Shown here one piece after another: positions 42,772 to 64,000 of a DNA stretch of 64,000 nucleotides. Each line of letters begins with the position of its first letter. Within the stretch, counting starts at the first letter, position 1. The stretch comes from the human T2T-CHM13v2.0 reference genome, Homo sapiens, in NCBI RefSeq assembly GCF_009914755.1, contig NC_060929.1; one strand, written 5' to 3'. A program made the translations under genes and the position numbers. The notes under the pieces are model-generated. The model was given only the letters and a program-made list of their open reading frames with translations, did no database searches and was not told the DNA's origin.

Positions 42772-44049
42772 TAAGGGGCAGGCAGTTCTCTTTCCTGGGG
42801 CTCTTGGGGTTTAGTGTTTTAGAGAGAACAACACCAATCCCTAAGAGCAGCTTCCCCCAAATTAACAAGATCTTAGAACATAGGCTGATGCTTATTCAAG
42901 ACTTAGTTTAACTAGAGGCTAAATTTCTGATTTCAAAGGCAGAACAAAACCAGGTGCTTTCACCCCTAAAATGAATAGGACTTCACAAAGTGAATACGAA
43001 GTCACAACGCAGATGCAAAACAAATGCTAGAGGACACTGCCCTTCACTTCCTGCATTTCAGGAGACAGTAAAGGGTTACAGCTCCTCATCACTTCAGATA
43101 TCTGTTGCCATAGAGAAGGAGTGGTGTGTAGTGTGAGTTTTGTTAACCTCGAGTCCTCAAGGACCTGGGTTTCTCTCCTCAGGTCCCGGGAGAAAAATAG
43201 CATTCAGCCTGCAGGTTCCAACACACCAGGGCAGGTATCATCACCGCAGACTGCACTGGAAAGAAATTCATGGCATTTCTTTTATGGAGTTGAGAGTGGT
43301 CTTGGCGTTTTTTGAGAGATGCCGGGAGATTAGGGGCTGGGGCTACCCTTGCACAAATAACCCAGTATTCCATGTCAATCATATTGTGAAAAGCCAGTCA
43401 CACTGGGCATTTCAAATGTAACATTTGTGTCTGAATTCACAATGTTATAATCTGGTTGCACCAACCTGATTTTTATGGAAGACCTACAAGTTTAAATTGT
43501 TTCCTAAATTGTAAATAATTATAACTAATTTAGGAAACAATTTTATATCTAAAGGGGAATGTTTTGGAACAATGAAGCATTTGGACAGATTGAGGAAGGC
43601 CCTAAAGTAGCATTCTCCCACACGGGCCACATACAGACCCAAGAGGGAGGTGGACACTGTTCCTTCAATGGAAGCTAGTATCATATAACAATCATCATAA
43701 TAAATGTTTATAAATACATGTTAGTAGAAATAACAATAGGGTCCCCTAAAAGTCAATTTTGTTATGATCTTAACAACAATAGTAGGTTGCTACCACTTAT
43801 CACTAGAGAGTCCCTGTGAGATATTTCATATAGCACTCACAACTTTACAAAATAGATATTATTGCTCACCCTTTTTATAGATGAGAACACTTGGACTCAG
43901 GGCAGTTTAGTAACTTGTCGAAGGTTAAACAGCTTATCATTGTAGAGACAGAATCTGAGGCCAGAGCTGCTGGTCTGGCCCACCTGTTGTGTTACTAGCT
44001 GCAGATTTTCTTAAAGTAAAACCTTTCTTCCATCACAGATAACATGTGT

Positions 44050-47208
<3,159 letters not shown>

Positions 47209-47749
47209 AATGTTATCTCTATTTAATGAATAAGAAAAGCATTCAAAGAGGTGGAGTTAACTAGCCTAAGTTTATGTAGCTAATCAGGTTCAGAATCCAA
47301 ATTTAAACCCAGGGCTGCTTAATCCCAAATTCAATATTCAAAGGAGGCAGTGTGTTGTACTGGTCAGACAGAAGAAAGTGCACATGAATACCATGCTTGC
47401 TCTAACACTTTGTCAGGAGTATTTCATTTGGGTCCAACTCCTCTACTATTCATTCATGTAAGCCCAGATGCTGGTAAGAAATGGGAAAGCTAAGGAATAG
47501 GTAACAAAAAAAAATTAGGAATTAAAACAGACAAACATGATTTATACAAAACCTGGCCCTACTTTAAAATTCTCTCAGAGGGGCAAATTGGCCACTCACC
47601 CAAATTATGCTAAAAGATACTTTACTTGGCCTTTACCTTGATTTATTTTAATTTTCTAAAGATTAAGTATAATTTACATACAATTAAATTATGTAAACTA
47701 GCTTGCATACATACCATCCAGTGAGTCTTGACAAATGCATATACCTTCT

Positions 47750-48400
47750 TGACCTATCATTTTCCAATTGCTCATTAGTAGTGTATAGAAACCCTGCAAC
47801 CTTAATAAATTAACTTATTCTAGTAGGATTTTTGTTTGTTTTCCTTAGGATTCTCTACATACACAATCACGTTGTCTAAAAATACACTTTAACTGTATCC
47901 TTCCCAATCTGTGTATGCCTTTTGCTTGCTTTTTCTTGCCATACTGCATAGGCTAGAATCTCCAGGAAAATGTTGGAGAAGCAGTGAGAGTAGACATTAT
48001 TGCCCCATTCCTGATCTTAGGGTGAAAACATTCAGTTTTTGACTATTAAGTGTGATGTTAGCTATAAATGTTTCATAGGTGCCCTTTGTCAGTTTGAGGG
48101 AGCTTCCTTCCATTTCTAGTGTATTATTTTTACGAAGAATAAGTATTGAAATTTGCCAAATATGTTGTCTCCATCTATTGAGATAATCATAGTTTTTCTT
48201 CTTTATTCTGTTGATGTGGTGTAATACACTGATTAATTTACTCACGTTAAACCAACTTTGCATTCCTGGAATAAAAACCCTACTTGGTTGTGATGTTATC
48301 CTTCTTATATATTGATGGATTCAAGTTGCTAATATTTTGTTAAGGATTTTTGCATCAATGTTTACAAGGGATATTGACCTGTAGTTTTATTTTCCTGTAA
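47750..48400 (-). mobile_element. Old L1M ORF2 (RT region) fragment
   Basis: ORF 47997..48263(-) MQSWFNVSKLISVLHHINRIK...LRSGMGQ is a degenerate L1 RT segment. Confidence 0.8.
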
Positions 48401-48857
48401 TGTTTAATGTTTTCCATGTTTCCTTATGCATATTTAAAAGAAAGATAAGTTGGCCAGGCTGGTCTCGAACTCCTGACCTCAGATGATCTGCCCACCTCAG
48501 CCTCCCAAGATGCTGGGATTACAGGTGTGAGCCACCAGGCCCAGCCTTATGAACTGAATTCTAAAATAAGTTTAAAAAGCAAAATGCAAAATAATATTAT
48601 ATTAAATATACATATCTTTTTGTAAAAAAATGATAAAAATATACATGATTCTGATCATTTGTTTAAAAAAGAAACAAAGTTAAGGTAAGCCACAGACTAA
48701 TAAAATTGCTTACATACAGAGAGTGGGTGGGAATGGGATAAAAAGGAGAAAAGGTACTGGGCTCGGTGGTAATGGTGGCAGTGGTGGTGGTGGTGGTAAA
48801 CACTTCCCTGAGTATGCCTTTTTGTGTGGCTGTAAACACTTTTTAGAGTCATGTTAA

Positions 48858-48983
48858 CCCATTTATGCCTGGGGTTCAACATTTTTTGTGTGAAAAATCA
48901 GACCTGGGCAATGACCTTGAGCAGTAGGATACAAATAACTCTCACAAGTTTAGCGTTCCAATAATGGAACACTGGGCATAAAT
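48858..48983 (-). mobile_element. MER85 piggyBac-family MITE
   Basis: TTAA at 48854-48857 and 48984-48987; TIR cccatttatgcc / ggcataaat; internal palindrome GTTCCAataaTGGAAC at 48955-48970. Confidence 0.88.
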
Positions 48984-49534
48984 TTAATGTTTTACATACT
49001 CAAAAAATCAAGTTCACAGGGTGCCAAAAATGGAATACAAACAGAAACAAGTTAACCTAACTGTATTTTAATAAAATAAAGGAGAGCTAGCATGGTGGCA
49101 TGCACCCACAGTTCCAACTACTCAGGAGGCTCCAGTAGGAGGATCACTTGAGCACAGGCGTATGAGGCTGGCCTGGGCAACACAGCAAAATCCTGTTGGT
49201 AATTAATCAATAAAAATGGAAGGGGTGGAGGGACAGGCCCAGGTAACTTTTTTTTAACCTTTTATTTTTATTTTATTTTAAAAAATTGTAGATTCACAGG
49301 AAATTGCAAAACCTATTAGAAGTAGTGTATATCCTTTACACTGTTTTCCCCTAGATACAAGGGGAACTATAACTATAGTACAATATCACAAATAGGAAAT
49401 TTACATTGGTACAATCCCAGACTTTATTCAGTTCTACCCATTCTCATGCACTCATTTGTGTGAAGCTCTTTTTAGTTCTATTACCTGTGTAGATTTTTAT
49501 GACCGTCACCGCAGTCAAGATGTATAACTGTTCT

Positions 49535-56390
<6,856 letters not shown>

Positions 56391-57041
56391 AAGGCAGGGG
56401 TGGGGTGAGGGATGAAGGGAGGGAGAGGGAGGGAGGCAGGGAGGGGGAGAGAGAGAGAGAGAGAGAGATTAGAAAGCAAGAGAAAGAAAGAGAGAAATAC
56501 CTCCTGCGTTGAGCCTTTTTTGCCCCTCGTAGACCACTCTCACCAGTGCTTCTGCCTCCATAGGAAGGCCACTTCCAGTCCCCAAATGTGCTCTCTTCTG
56601 TGTATCTCTGGAGCACCACTAGCACTTTGCATACAAGTACACTTGCCCTGCACTTTTTAAAGTTCCTTTTGCATACCCCTTGCCCCTGTTCAACTATCAG
56701 CTTTTTGAGAGTGGTTCCTTTTATTTATCTTAATATTCCTTGTTGTGCCAAATAGTATTTGGCACATCATTGGCATTCAGAAATATTCTCATGATTAATT
56801 TTCATAGTGACAATGTGTAGTAATTATTTTTAATGTGTCCTAAACTTGTCTTTGTCAAATGTGAAAGACTTTTTCCTCATTCTAGCAGTTGCTAATCCAA
56901 CAAACCCATTTCTACCCTGTCCACAGGTTTTGTGATTCTGTGGGCTTCCATGGTATTCCTTCTTAACTGTCTTTTTTAGGACAAATGTTGTACATTCAGG
57001 GTGAATTGTGGCTCATGTTCTTTGAAGCATAGTTGTGATGA

Positions 57042-57308
<267 letters not shown>

Positions 57309-57343
57309 TAAAACACAACTGTTTGAGCATTCTGTAAAGGTGA

Positions 57344-57553
<210 letters not shown>

Positions 57554-57746
57554 TAGTCATAACTACACAGGATATTCTGATTTGTTGACATTGTTCCTTG
57601 GTTGTATGTAACTTATTATAAGGGATAAGAAATGACATAGCCGGAGTCACCACTGTGAAAAGAATTCACATATTCTTGTTATGGCCGACAATACATGGTC
57701 CTCATAGTTGTAAGACTGTGTAGGTAAGCAGAAGTCATCAGAACCT

Positions 57747-62099
<4,353 letters not shown>

Positions 62100-62130
<31 letters not shown>
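62100..62130. repeat. (GAT)n microsatellite
   Basis: About 10 tandem gat/tga units. Confidence 0.9.
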
Positions 62131-62131
<1 letters not shown>

Positions 62132-62649
62132 ATAATAATTAACTCTTGTATTGATCCAAAACTACTAACAATACTATCAGCTGAAATATCTTGAGCCAGG
62201 CATTATGGCTCAAACCCTTTTCAATGCTAAATGTCCTCATACAGTAATCAGCAACCTCTGACATAACAACTCTTATCCCTACCGAAGCATAAAATCCAAG
62301 GCCTTGTTGACTAGACCAGCAGGGCTGAAGTCCACTGGCCAGGGTTTCCTCCCCCATAGACAGTGCTGAGATGGGCACTGCTAACATTTGCTTCTTTAAC
62401 TTTCCTGCATGATTTAATAAACTCCACATTCTTCTTGCTTGCCCTCTAAGTTTCCCCTGTCCCACCCTATTCAGTCAACTTTTTTTCCACTTCTTTCAAA
62501 ATCATTTTTGTATTTTTCAGAGTGGCACATGCCTTAAGAAAATCAAAGTCTACAAAAAGGCTCTTCCTAAGACAATTCCTAACTAGTCTCAAATAAAACA
62601 GCTCATATTTCCCTATTTACAACCCTCTAAGTCTATAGATACCCTGTTT

Positions 62650-63335
62650 GCTCTCAAAGGCCAAACTCCACATTATAATGTGGCCTACCCTACCTTCCAA
62701 TCTCATCTAGTACTTGTCTCCCTTTTATTACTCTGATTTTTTTAAGTTTCTCGATTTATAAAGTCATTACCTTATGTTAGCTGAAACACTTTAAGTATCA
62801 AATGTAATTTTCATTGCCTTCCATGGATGCCATTAACGTGGTATATGCATCCCCAGTGCTTCCACCCAGTTCCAGAGGCTGGGAAGTCCAAGGTCGAGGG
62901 GCTGCACCCGGGAAGGACTTCTTGCTGCGTCTTACCACGGCAGAAGGCTTCCTACCCTGATTTTCTGTCTTGTTCTCTAAGCATGCTTTTCCTCAGGACA
63001 TTTGCTATTGCTGTTCTCCATGGACTGCTTTTCCCTTTGACCTTTGCATGGTTGCCTCCTCATCCGTCAATACTCAGCTCACAGACCCTCTGTGGCTAGA
63101 GTGGGCTGCTTCCCTTATTCCCCTCAGTGTTACTGTTTATCACAGCATCTGATTTATTTATTTGATTGCATTTGCCACAAACTATAATCAATATTGTTGA
63201 CTAACTTATCATCAGGCTTCCTGCAACTAGAATATCAGTCCACAAGGACTGGGCCCAAGGCTCTAAATTCCACTGTGTCCCCAGACTCTAGCCAGTTCCT
63301 GATATGCAGTAGGTGCTCAGTAAATGTGTGCTGTT
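62650..63335. mobile_element. LINE-2 3' fragment, opposite orientation to the 60930-62100 piece
   Basis: Ends with an L2 3'-end-like cagtaggtgctcagtaaatgtgtgctg; contains acatttgctattgctgttctc motif. Confidence 0.55.
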
Positions 63336-64000
63336 TGAAGGTTGAAAGGGCCTTGCACTTCCATCTCAAGGCAGCTTTGTTTCCTGTGTTTCCAGACTTT
63401 TTGAACATGCTGTTGTATACTTACTGTACTTCTTCACAGATTACAGACTTTAGTTTTGAGAGATTTTACTTTTCCATCATTTTATCTGAAGGTTGAGAAA
63501 AAACATATTGAATGTATTACTTGAAAATGTAACCTGATAAACCGCTTAAAATGTAACCTGATATACCACTTAAAATGATTTGTTCTGTGTCCTAAATCTG
63601 GATACAGTGTAGCTCAGTCCTTTTAATAACTGTTAGTGAAAGTGCCATCATCCCCGTTTGATAAATGAGGAGACTGAGAAATGATGGTGTACTTATGTGC
63701 AACTGGAAGTCTTCAAGTCCCCAGAACTCTCTCAATACATTTGCCTAATGTGACCTTCTGCTCATTTATCTCAATTCCACACACTTCTAGAATCTATTGG
63801 GGCTGGCCTGTAGATTTGGGATGAGATACCTTTATAACTTTTTGTTTTCCTATTTTCATTTTTAGACCTACGGAAAAGTAGAAAGAATAGTATAACGAAT
63901 GCCCATATATATACCGTTTACGCTGATTCATTAGCTTCTAAGATTTTGACACATTTGGTTTACCTATTGATCCATGTATATACCATTTTTTCTGAAACAG

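Overview
Primate (almost certainly human) genomic DNA covering most of SIMC1 (SUMO-interacting motifs containing 1, C5orf25) on the + strand. Eight internal coding exons (9238-10539, 14617-14849, 15838-15907, 34047-34201, 42618-42770, 44974-45102, 57071-57227, 57413-57497) have GT-AG boundaries and join in one open frame; the first and last exons lie outside the window. The introns are repeat-dense: nested L1s at 1-7445, a sense SVA_F-like element, a TSD-flanked BRCC3 processed pseudogene, THE1/MST/MER51 solo LTRs, MER2/MER47/MER85 DNA-transposon relics, a 40-bp minisatellite and roughly 50 Alus. I cannot support a wholly new multi-gene system. The most unusual signals are: (1) an L1 ORF0 that stays open into the ORF1 of its host L1, with the L1 antisense promoter facing SIMC1; (2) a 244-bp ancient-L1-like fragment captured inside the young SVA; (3) a 1302-nt stop-free phase 0-0 exon flanked by convergent Alus, a candidate endless-ORF circRNA; (4) a 134-bp perfect conversion tract between inverted Alus; (5) a local templated duplication carrying two new hairpins. 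Gene and repeat-subfamily names come from recalled sequences, not from searches.
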